Origin: Antedon mediterranea
Lineage: Eukaryota > Animalia > Echinodermata
Reading direction: 5' to 3'
DNA length: 64,000 nt
Assembly (NCBI RefSeq): GCF_964355755.1
Contig: NC_092676.1
Location: 28,972,871-29,036,870, forward strand
In this document: one piece after another, positions 40,047 through 52,800 of the stretch
Position numbering within the stretch: the first letter of the stretch is position 1
Layout: the number at the start of each line of letters is the position of its first letter
The notes under the pieces: model-generated
What the model was told of the DNA's origin: nothing
The model's database searches: none
What the model saw: only the letters and a program-made list of their open reading frames with translations
Position numbers and translations under genes: made by a program

Positions 40047-42050
40047 GAGGTATATTCAGAGCGTCATTCTGGCGACTGGAGCATCCTCTACTTCTCTACG
40101 GAGCGCCATTTATGCATTTATTAACTTTAGCTGCTAAGGTAGCACAGTGATATAAAAAGGAAATTAAGTCACTACTTTTAATATCGTTTCGTAAGTTAAT
40201 ACACTGTGCTCAAGTGGATCAAATTTGGCGCTAGTGGAGCACAGTGATATAAAATAGAAATAAAGTCATTTAAGTTTCAATATCTTTTCATATGATACAC
40301 TCTGCTCAAGTGGACCTAATTTAAAGTCACTTAAGTTTAAATGTCTTTTCGTATGTTAATACACTGTGCTCAAGTGGACACGATTTGGCACCAGTGGAGC
40401 ACAGTGATATAAACAACAAATAAGTTACTGAATTGTAACATCTTTTCGTATGTTAATACACTGTTCTCTAGTGGATCCAATTTGGCGCCAGTGGTGGAGC
40501 ACAAATAGTCACATACAAAAACATCGAGAAAAAATACTTCTGAAAATACATATATATATATATATAGGCTATGTTAAATATCGGTTACTCAATCAAAATT
40601 AGTTTCAAGCCAAATCAGTGATTTTAATAATCTGCGTTTGTCTAAGATAAATACTTACTTAGTGTCACCGGAGAGTGCACCTATTCATTGAAATATGACA
40701 TTAAATATTAAGCTGGGCCAGAGCTAGTAATGAAAATAGAGCCCATTTTTTTTTTGCACTTATACTTATTACTATACATAATCACATATGGTAATGTTGA
40801 AATTTTAACTATCCAGATCCGAATTCAAAATTTGGGGTGGGGTTTTCTTATTTAAAACTCGACTTCGTATAAGGCCTACCCGGCGGAATTAGTCTAAGCT
40901 TCGAAATTGGTCTAGAAATCGGCATCTTTACAAATGTTCTATATATTTGATCTTATTTCACTCTCCATTAACCCCATACAAAAACCATCGGAGACAAACT
41001 ATCTGTTTAAAACATGTTTATTCTGAGGACGGTGCGGCCATATACACCAACTACCATAACAGTTTATTCATAATCAACATTAAGCCTATACAATACTATG
41101 TCTTGCATGAATCGGACATTTTCGCTACCAATGTAGCAACATTGATTAACAAAATCAAAATTTAACAGTGTGGCGTGTTGACCGCGAATGACAAAAACCA
41201 TCTTTCCCACTACACCTGCACAACCTTTGAATAACAACGCACTACATACCAAACCGTTTCGGTGACCTGCGATGAAAATATAAAATTCATTTTTTTAATT
41301 GAGGGCGGCAAACATAACATTTATGAGATCGAATACAGATTGAAAAAAAAATTAAATAAAAAAAAAAGATGTTAAATGTGCTCTCCCTGCCTCAGCACTA
41401 AGGCCCTGCCACAGCCTTTTGGGGTCGTTTCCAGCACATCACCAGATGCATTGATGTTTTCGCCTCATGATGTGTGGTGGAAAGGGGGACGTATAATTCT
41501 GTGAACCCCAAACACAGTGGCCGCATGCCTTTAACTCTATTCCACCGACCAGCGTGGGAATCGAACCCACGACATACGTGTTGTCAACACGCCGCTCAGG
41601 TGCCTGAGCTAACTGATCAATTTGGTATTAACAAGGTTAATGTGATATTTATAATGAAATGATGAATTACGTAATACACGTATAAATAGACTATTATCAT
41701 CTGTTCAGTCATGTACTACTTTGTGGCCTAACGGGTAATGCTCAGCTTTGGGTGCTCTTAGCTCTAGTAGATTGGGTTCCAACCTCTACGGATATTTTTT
41801 TTTTAAATAAAAAATAATTAAAAAAATAAATAAATAAAATAATGAATATAAATATACCACTGTGCTCAATTGAACCCAATTTGCCACCAGGGAAGCAAAG
41901 TGTATTAACATACAAAATATATTAAAATTCAGTGACTGGACCAGTTGCCGTAGTACTATTTCTATTTCCGAAGTAAATAAAGGCATAAATGGCGCTCCGT
42001 AGAGAAGTAGAGAACGCTCCATTGTCAGAATGAGGCTCTGAATATACCTC
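40047..42050. mobile_element. About 2.0-kb non-autonomous DNA transposon with TIRs of about 80 bp (GAGG...CCTC)
   Basis: 40047-40128 is the reverse complement of 41971-42050 (gaggtatattcagagc...ctacttctctacggagcgccatttatgc). Subterminal tandem repeats at 40140-40503. Flanks gcgtagt / gagtagt. No transposase ORF. Confidence 0.85.
41345..41615 (-). mobile_element. tRNA-derived SINE nested in the 2-kb transposon
   Basis: The minus strand has an A-box-like TAGCTCAGG and a B box GGTTCGATTCC, followed by a non-tRNA body and a T-rich end. Confidence 0.75.
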
Positions 42051-43341
42051 GAGTAGTTTATGCTAAACGCACTCATGCGTACAATACTATACTTTTTTTT
42101 TACTATAACTCCAAAACATCTTACACAATAATAAAAGAAAAAAGTACATCATTTTTGTTTACAGTATAATCAGCTAAACATATTTCTCTTTATTTGTGTC
42201 GGAAAATTATAACTTAAATCCCCTTCTGCCCTCATACTCATGGTTGACATAAAAAAAATCTAGTGCATTAGTTTTGCGATTTTTTTCTTTTCTGTCTTTT
42301 TCGCAACAAGAAGACAAATTTCATATTATGACAAAGACTGTGAAACGTAAACGGTAAGGTCTGAATTAACCAACAATGGTCATGTTCTTTCTTTCTCGGA
42401 CACTATATCCTTTTTCTGTATCCTAAACAATGTCATTCATTCATTTATTGTTTCCTCCATTCATACAATCTTTAATTCGGATATCTTAATTTGTGCAGAC
42501 TCTCTTTTAATTTGTGTTGGGTAATAGATTAAATTGAAAACCATTCGTAAAACAACAAAAAGCAAACACCTTCATAATTTCTACACATACGATAAATTTA
42601 TTACAAACGAATACTGGCGGAATTCACAGAGCAAACAAAAATTGCCATACCTAAAAATAATAAAATTTAAATAAAAACATCTATTATAATTCGTATACTT
42701 TATTCTAACAAAATGATTTAATATCTTTTACAACTATTAAATAAGAAAGTAAAAAATAAAATACATTATGTAAATACAAATATATTTTTACCATACCATC
42801 CCATATACGATGCACCAAGGAGATTTAACTGCCTTAGTTTTACTATTTTCATTCATAATACATATTTTATTTTTCAAAATATTTAAGCAATATTATTTAT
42901 AGCATTAATATATAAATTAGATATTTATGCAATTTATACTATAGACATAATTATACTATTGCTATTTAAATTTTATTTTCATTATCTAGAATCACTTTTG
43001 AAGGGGAATATGAATATTGCACAATATTACAGATACACACAATACAGTCCCCTCACCTCATAAATATTTTTAATATATTGAGTCATTACATTAATTATCT
43101 AGAGAAAAGGGTTGATAAATAAGAATGCTTCTTAAATCCATCGTAGTTTAGGAATACATTTTAATAATTTCAAATAAATAAGATCAGATTTTCTAGTATA
43201 GGTTTATTAATCGTTGAGTTGTTATTTTTACAGCATAGAGATAGATAAATAGCATTGGACTTAGAATGCCTTTAAAGGACCAACTAGTAAATATAAAGCA
43301 TAAACCAAACAGGACAACTAGATTTTGAAAGGATCCTTCAA

Positions 43342-43871
43342 TAGTGACAATTTCCAATAAGTGTGCTTATTTGCAGTGGTGACAATCCAATTAGGTTGCC
43401 TCTTCCACTGGTGACAATCCCACCAGGTTACTTTTTTCATTGGTGACAATCCCATTAGGTTGCTTTGGTAAAAATCCCATTAAATTTTGCCAGTGGTGAC
43501 AATTCCATTAGGTTGCTTTCTCCATTGGTGACAATCCCATTAGGTTGCTCTATCCATTGGTGACAATCCCATTGGGTTGCTCTATCCACTGGTGACAATC
43601 CCATAGATTGCTTTGTCCATTGGTGACAATCGCATAGGGTGCGTTTTTTCCAGTGGTGACAATCCCATAGGTTGTTCTAACCATTGGTGACAATCCCACT
43701 AGGTTGCTTTCTCCATTGGTGACAATCCTATTAGGTTGCTCTCTCCATTGGTGACAATCCTATTAGGTTGTTCTCTCTATTGGTGACAACCCCACAGGGT
43801 TGCTTTCTACATTGGTGACAATCCTATTAGGTTGCTCTAACCATTGGTGACAATCCCACTAGATTGCTTTC
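43342..43871. repeat. About 32-bp minisatellite, about 16 degenerate copies, in the MADD 3' UTR
   Basis: Unit ggtgacaatcccattaggttgctttctccatt. The first unit (in transcript order) overlaps the MADD stop codon. Confidence 0.9.
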
Positions 43872-46800
43872 ATGTATTCCAATCTTGTGCTTGCCATTTT
43901 AGCCTCATGTTCTTTGCGGTTGGTAGCATCTCCACTTTTGGCTGCTGCAACGTATGAAAACACACAAAGCATGGCATAACCAATGTCACTCGCCATCGAT
44001 GATCGGAATCGGCGCTTGATCAAATTCTTATTGGATGAATCTATCAAAACCAAATGAATGATAATAGTTAATAATTGGAGTATTAGAAATATCATTTGTA
44101 GTGGTTTTTACAAGGAGTTGAACTAAGGCCCTGAGCAAGCATGTTATAGTAATCACTATTATGAACAGTCTTTCACACCTGTTCCAGCGCGTTTCAGGTC
44201 CGGTGCTGGCAAATCAAATCGAACGTAAATGTTTAGCTTTCACGCAGCTACGCGCATATCGATCGTGAAAATGAAACTGCGTTTGATTTGATTTGACGGC
44301 ACCGGACCGGTGTGAAACACCTTGTAAATGGTACCCACAAATTAAAAATGATGACTCCACACATTGACTTTAGTAGATATACCTCAGCATATTGAAATGT
44401 ATTTTTGTTATCCAAACATGTTTGGTGGTTACTATCATTGTTGGTTTGTTTGTAATTGTAATCAATAAAATTTAAAAAAATAAAATAAAAATATGACAAA
44501 GATATTCCACACCTTGTTGAACATTATATGCTGAGTCAACTTACCATATTCATGTAAAATAAAAATGTCATTCTTTGTCTTGTACTCCTTAATATCTTTC
44601 AATTCAATAAATGCCTGAAAAATTAATAAAATATTAATAAATAACATAATCAGAATATGACAATGACATCGCTACAAATTGTATGAAATGTTTTTTTTAA
44701 AGAAAAGTTTAATTCTTTGTTTCTGTAAAAGTAGGGAGCAGATATCAAGCATTTAAACATTACTACAGACTACAGAAGAGTCATTCCCATAACAAATATA
44801 TAATGATATATAAATCATATATTCAAACATTCAAACAATTATCATATCATATATTTTAGTGTATGAAATATAAAAGATCTATGTAATATGCCCAAAATGC
44901 CATTAAGAACAAAAGTTCAAATAAATGCCGAAATGAATAAACATATTCAATACAGTGGAGGATCCAAGGTGGAGGAAGGGGAGGGATTCCCCCTATTGAT
45001 GGGATAATTGTGAATGTTATACATTTGTAAATAATACTGGATCCACCCCTGTAATATAAAGTAAGAAACCCTCAATTTATATAAGAGTGAATAGTTATTT
45101 TAAAAAGTGTATAATATAGTATTCAATGATATAGTATTAATGATGCCAGGAATATTAAATTATTATTGAATGGAATAGGAATATTATTTTATATGATTAT
45201 AATCAATGTAATAAACATTCTATTACACTATGTTTCTTGTAATTACATAATATTTCACAACATTTGAATCCTGAACACAAACATTTACCAACAATTAACT
45301 ATATCCCAACACAGGTTCTACATTACCTCTAACATAGAGATACTAATATCTCTATGCCACTACTAAAATAATATCCCAACATATAGACAATACATTACAA
45401 ATCCTAAATATACCATCAACCCCAAGCTACAGTACTAGACAATGAATTGACAAAATATACATTTTTGATCGAGTAACTTTTTGTTGTAAAAATAAATATT
45501 AAAAACCAATTTTAAAATCCAATGGATTTATATTCATAAAAGATATTAATATAACTAAATTTAAAACAATTCTTAGTACTTCTTTTGAAAGTAAATGCAC
45601 TGAACATCTTTCTACAGTAAAACCAAATTCTACTTCTAAAAACCAATTTATTTTCCAAGTTAACACGCCCACCCCAACAAAACGACTCACTCCAGCCAAC
45701 ATACATATTTTTACACCAACACCAGATCACGTGGCCCGAGAATAAATCACCACAAATGGGTACAGCCAAATACAAGAGTTAGCATTAAGTTTGTCCAGTA
45801 AAAATGCATGGATTTTAATAATTATCAGATAATATACAAATTGCTTTGATGATGGACTCGGGTTTTAATTAACAATATCCCAGTCATGTTGTTCTACATG
45901 CATGCTTTCAAGACATAATTCTTACCATTCTAACTAAAACCTGTTACAATGATGAATACCATTCTAACTAAAACCTGTTACAATGATGAATACAAAACAC
46001 AACAAACGACCCAAAGAAACAGTAAGTACTCATGTAAAAATAAACTTAAGAAAAAAAAAAATAGAAAATAATATCACAAAAAAAGTACATATGTAAGCTG
46101 CAAACAAGGTGGATTAATTAGGTTTGAACAGTAAGGCAGACAATATGGAGAGGCAAGGATCACAAAGGGTTGCAGAACCACACTACCATCAAAAATCAAC
46201 TAGTGTACTATACTAACAACAATTTCATTTATAGAAAACTCTCAATTTGTAGTAGGCAATATTACTAACAATTTAATTTAGAAAATTCTCAATTTGTAGT
46301 GTTAGGGCATCAAATTTTGGTAAAAAAATATCTTTTGCAGGATTTTGAAGGATAAAATATTTTGAATGATTTATGTACTTTGTGATATCTCATGAAATTA
46401 ATAAAAGCTTTGATTATTATAAATATGTTGGTTAATTAGAATTAATAAGTTCAATTTGTTTATATTTTACATTTTGTTATTTTACACAAGTTGAGTTAAA
46501 TAGAGTAGTGTCGCTATGGTAACAGAAGCTTAGCTTCAAAACAAATGGTTTTTAACATAGAATATACCTCTTTGTCCTGCCATGCATATTGTAATGTGAG
46601 AAAAAAAAGAAAACAAAATGTGAAAAAAGTTTAAAAGTTGGCACAGGCTCTTAACAACTCTATCGCCACTCATCTCCTCTTGTTTCAAACTGGGAACACA
46701 TTTCATTATTATCCACCTGTATTAACATGCATATTTACTTAATTAGCATAATTAATCATTATTTAAATGAATAAAACATATTAAAAAGTTGTCAAAACCC

Positions 46801-49800
46801 CTTTTTTATATCACTATGGAAATTATGATTAAACAACCATAATTGTAATTACAAACTACACATTTTCATGTGAAACTAAACGTAAATATTTTGAAGATTG
46901 TTGATCATTTTGAATGTATTTAACAAAACAAAAGCACATGTAACAATATCCTAACATTTACATTCATGCCGCAGCTTATAGAAGATGTCGTTTCGACATC
47001 CGTTTGCATTCTACGAATCTGCTGATGACTGATGAAAAAAAGCATACAAATTTCATAAAATAATTTAGCTTCTTCAAGTAGCATCAGGAATGGTATAGAT
47101 TTCAAGCAAGGGTAGAGAATAGTTATGATGTGGTCATGAGTGGCCTTTCTCGATTTTGATTCAAGTCTTGTTACAAAATAAAATCTTTTATTTAGAATGA
47201 TAAAAGAGTATGGAACAACACATAAATGTAGCATTTGGTATCAACATGCACTTCTTTCATGCCACAGGGATTTGAATAGTATTCAACTACAAGAATAAGA
47301 CACTTTAATCATTTATTCATTGTGCTTGTTTAAACTGACCTTTGAACGTGAGAATTTCAGTCCAATGCCTTCCATAGTTACATGTAGAAGACCACCCTCA
47401 CCAGTTTTCATATCTTGAATTGGAAATTCTCCTCCAAGTTCAGGTTCTTGAAAATAAAAAAAGAATATTAAAAAAAATTCATGTAAAAAAACTTAAAGTA
47501 TAAAACTAAATAATTGAGTATTTACTCGTGTAAGTTAGTTTCCTGTGCCAATTATTCCTAACATTGGTGAGTAGGTCAACATCCAACCCAGGTAAATAAC
47601 TTGGCCTGAATGGACTCGCTGTTTCTTCACATAGCATTCAGTTATTTTTCTTTGGATATCATCATACATAATAGATATGCTAGATTTAATATTATATGGT
47701 GAAAATATAGAAACATGAGCTAACTTGGTGGTTGCTTTGTTTTACCTCCAGACATTCCGTTTTTGAGTTTACTGGCTGCTTTCTCCATACTTTCCTTTAT
47801 ACAGTTATATAGTTCTTTGCACTGGAAAAAAACAACATTTAACTATTAAAATTGATGTTGTAGAGGAGCAGACAAAAAACACAGTAGCCAACCAGGAAAC
47901 AGTATTGTACTTGATAATTTAAATACAGTCTACTCTCCCAATACCAGACACCTTTGGGCTGGCCAAATATGTCTCGTTTTCCTGAAAGTTTTAGTGTTTT
48001 TAATGGTAAAAGGGAGTTTGGGACCCTTTGGTCACCAAGGAAAGTCTGGTTTTGGAAGAGTTTTTGGTTTTCAGAGAGAAGGGTATTGGGAGAGTTGACT
48101 GTATAGCATCATATACCTGTATTTGTGTAAATATAACAAACCTTTTTCGTGTAGAATTTATCAAGACGAGTTTCTCCATGAACTTGTCTTCCAAGACACA
48201 GCACTTTAGTTTTCGGACAGAATGTCATGTTGATTAGTTGCTCGTACCAACAACGATCACAGATGGCGCCATTGCCACTACGGATAATTACACAATCATC
48301 GCAAACCTGAAAATACACGAGACATTTGAGGTCAAAGGGGTCAACAGGAAAAAATTATGAAAGAAAAAACTTTTTAGAAAAACATGAATACCTCCATAAA
48401 AAGAACGTCTCCCTTGTTGTCACTGCCTGCGTGAACAACAAATGAATGTTTACGCATCTGACGACTTCCTGAAGGTCGAAGGTCAATGTCATTGCCATGC
48501 TAAAAAATAAAATGATATAATCTAAGACTAGGAATATTTTATTAACTATGACAACACTAAGCAACACAACTACTATAGTAACAACAACATGCCAACTCTG
48601 AACCTTGACATATCTACTAGTTTCATTATAGTAAAAACAACATGCCAACTCTGAACCTTGACATATCTACTAGTTTCACTATAGTAACAACAACATGCCA
48701 ACTCTGAACCTTGACATATCTACTAGTTTCACTATAGTAACAACAACATGCCAACTCTGAACCTTGACATATCTACTAGTTTCACTGGTAAACACCAACA
48801 TGCCAACTCTGAACCTTGACATATCTACTAGTTTCACTATAGTAACAACAACATGCCAACTTTGAACCTTGACATATCTACTAGTTTCACTATAGTAACA
48901 ACAACATGCCAACTCTGAACCTTGACATATCTACTAGTTTCACTATAGTAACAACAACATGCCAACTCTGAACCTTGACATACATTCTACTAGTTTCACT
49001 ATAGTAACAACAACATGCCAACTCTGAACCTTGACATATCTACTAGTTTCACTATAGTAACAACAACATGCCAACTCTGAACCTTGACATATCTACTAGT
49101 TTCACTGGTAAACACCAACATCATCAAAACATTAAACCTGCTATACCACTAAAGACATTCACTCACCAATACACTCACCAACACTAGGATTAACTTACAA
49201 GATTATTAATCTGATCCAGTAGATTATTAACAGCAGCACTGTGCTTTAATCCTATGTGGGATTTACCAAGGAGACGGCGAACCTTCTTCTTAATATCTGG
49301 TTTTGGTACCTTTAACATTACCATAAAGGCTATCATGTTGTACAAGGTATCTGTAAAAGGAAAATACAATTAATAATTAATAGATTTGTTATAATCTAAA
49401 TATTTTTCTAGGATTAGTTTTTTGTAGTGTGAAGCATTTGAACTTCTAAGGCTCTAAGACAGCTGTCTACACTATCAAATTTATGTGATGTGCCCATATA
49501 TGGACATGATGATGTCATATCACTACCATATTTAAGCATATCTCTACCATATTTAGGCATATCACTACCATATTTAAGCATATCACTACCATATTTAGGC
49601 ATATCACTACCATAGTTAAGCATATCACTATCATATTTAAGCATATCATTACCACATTTGTGCACATCACACTTTTTTTGTCAAACTGGTTAAATAGCAT
49701 AGAGCTTTAAACTAAGATGCAACACAGAAACGCAAGAAAAGCACAAGCGAATTGAGCGACAGTTATCTAGACAGATAATCTATTGATCTTTATTCTTCAA

Positions 49801-52800
49801 ATTACATATGTTGTGCTTTACATACTTGCATCCTAATGAAAACCAAGCTTTAATAATTGGGATAACTTAAATAAAAGTCATGAATGATATTTATAGCAGA
49901 ATATCAATATTACCCACCGGATAACAACTTGTCTTCATCTTCCTCAAGTCGTTTCTTATCGGTTTGTCCGAGTGATTCATATCGATGGATCATCTCTGAT
50001 GGTCCTTGATCCATTCCTACTGCATCTCTCTCCGCGGCAACCGCATCCAGGTACGCATCCTCCCAGAACTGCAGCTGGTCCCATAAAGTAGATCTGTCCT
50101 TACCTGATACAAATAATAAACATTCATTGTTTTATTAACAATTGTATATTATATGTAAACTCAAAGGCAAATTACTGCAAAACTGCTGCTGTGGGTAACG
50201 TAATATTCAGCAAATATATTTATGACAGGGGCTGAGATGGACCAGTGGAACACTACTATTCTGAAAGAAGCATGGGTCTTTTAAATTTGGATTACAGGGG
50301 CTGAGATGGACCAGTGGAACACTACTATTCTGAAAGAAGCATGGGTCTTTTAAATTTGGATTACAGGGGCTGAGATGGACCAGTGGAACACTACTATTCT
50401 GAAAGAAGCATGGGTCTTTTAAACTGCACAATAACATTTTGTATACACAGGACCTTTATCTTAGACTTAGTGTATCATTCAACAGCCAGAACCATGAAGC
50501 GAGTGCGCCTCAGCCCTTTGTCGATTGTCTTGACCACTCACTCGCTTCAATACAGTACGGTATACAAGACAAAATTGAAGTTTGACATTATAACCGTACT
50601 ATATAATAAATTTTTCAGTCGTATTGTATACGTTATTTTTACCTATTAACGCCTCAAAGACATAGTGCCTCAGTATACCATCAGCATTGTCTGAGTCTGT
50701 TGAAATCATCTTGTTTTTGTGATATCTGAACCCTGCACTGAAGCAGCTCTTGGCAGTTAATGTACTGATGGGATGAGGTGGACTTACAGTCAAACTTACC
50801 TATAAATAAACAATAGAAAGATATTAGTGGGTCACCATGACGATTAACCTACAAAAGATTAATTTCAAAGTACATCTCTTTTTTTAGATTGATAGAAAAT
50901 TTGAATCCAATTTAAGAAAAAAAGCTACTATATCTACCTTAAATGGGCAAAGTCTGAGTTAAAATACAAACAAATAAGAAAAATAACAAAATGCTTACAT
51001 CCCGATTCAACTCAATCTCACTGTCAGACACCGGTCTTATAGACTGATGGTTAATCCGTGACCTGTTGTGTGACCTCCCATCTCCGTCATTATAACTTAG
51101 ATCACTGTCATCATTACCCATTGTTTCCGAACTTGTATTGCTGACGAGCGTGCTGCCCTCGGAGGCCTCCGAATCCATGCTTAATGAACGTTTTCTACGA
51201 CTCTTGACAGGCTGTTCAAGAGCTGCGTCTTCGGTTGCGGAACTTTTTGATTTAACTGGTGAGTTTCCTGTCAGAGGGGTAGTGTCTATTTTACTTCCCA
51301 TTGCGCCTATAAATGTTGAAACATTTTATGTAAAAATATTTAATACAATAGAAGATCCAAAAGGAGTTGAAAAACATCAGAGAATATAAATATAAGCATC
51401 TACAATTATTTTGATAATAATCCTACTTGCTTTACACTCCAACAATAGAACTTAAAAACTGCAAGTTAACTCTTAAAACCAACAGCATGACTTCATACAG
51501 AAAACATTGCCAAAAGAAACACATTTCCCATACATTATAATATATTGAAAACAAACACAGTAAAGCTCTGTCTACACTATAAGACTTTATTTAACAAAAA
51601 AATGTAATGTGCCCATATATCGACATGATGATGTCATATCGCTACCATATTTGGGTACATCACACTTTTTTGTCAAACTAGTTTGATATTGTAGACAGTG
51701 CTTAAGACACAAGTTTAAAGTGAAATGTTAAAAATAGACATCTGTGAGCATTACAGTAAATTCTGACAAATATTAAGCTACACACCTACTCTGACAAATA
51801 GTAGTAAGACCGAGGAGTTGTTAATAAATTTTTCTTAATAGGCTTTTAATTCTAAATAGATGATTTCAGTAGTGAAAAAAATTGTTCTTATTTCATCACA
51901 TTTTACAACATAAATATTCATCAGTTAAAAGCATTTATTTTAACAAAAGTAATTCCACCAAAATAACATTATAGTGCATATAAATACATTAATGTGATAA
52001 TGTTAATGTTGTGATTACTATAATGTGCTAAAGTAATCTCATATTAATGTAATAAACCAAGTATGTTGCCGATTATACTCCCAAAACACATCCTAGGAAA
52101 GCAACATTAAAACATGTAATGATTTGCCCTGAATATTATTACTAAGCAGTTTTGATGGGAAACACAGTACAGGGTGTAAAAATAAAGCAAAACATGTGGG
52201 TAAAGCTCATTTGCATATTCAAACATGTGGGTAAAGCTCATTTGCATAAAGGAAACATGTGGGTAAAGCTCATTTACATAAAGCACACATGGGGGTAAAG
52301 CTCATTTGCATATTAAAGCAAACATGTGGGTAAAGCTCATTTGAATAAAGCTGAGAAATTTGGGTAAAAAATAATAAACATGAGTATGAACAAACCTCCT
52401 TTAAATTTGGATGAAAAAGCGTGCAGCATCGTAGCACCAGCAAATTTACAGCAGCACAAAGAAAAAAATACACAAATGGTTAGAAATAGAGCATGCTAGA
52501 TAGAGAGATAGAAAGAGCTTAATGTTCCACTGAATATGGTAAATGTTTTTATTAAGGTCACGATAGAGCAACTATGCAAATGAGGTCATCTATTCATTTG
52601 TATAAAATGTTCTCTTGTAGCAGGGAAGGTGGACTTTCACTCTTCCCTGCTTGTATTTATAGTTAGCAAATTTAGTACAGCTACAAGAATATTTCTGGCA
52701 CCTTGGCCCAAAAGTGACTGACATTGGCATGCTGTTTAAGGACAAATTTTTACCATATTCAGTGGAAATAGATAATAAATCGATAAATACACAATTTTTT

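Noticed and set aside
41545-41615. Possible tRNA gene (also 53320-53390)
   Set aside because: A and B boxes are present but no convincing cloverleaf, and each runs into a SINE body.
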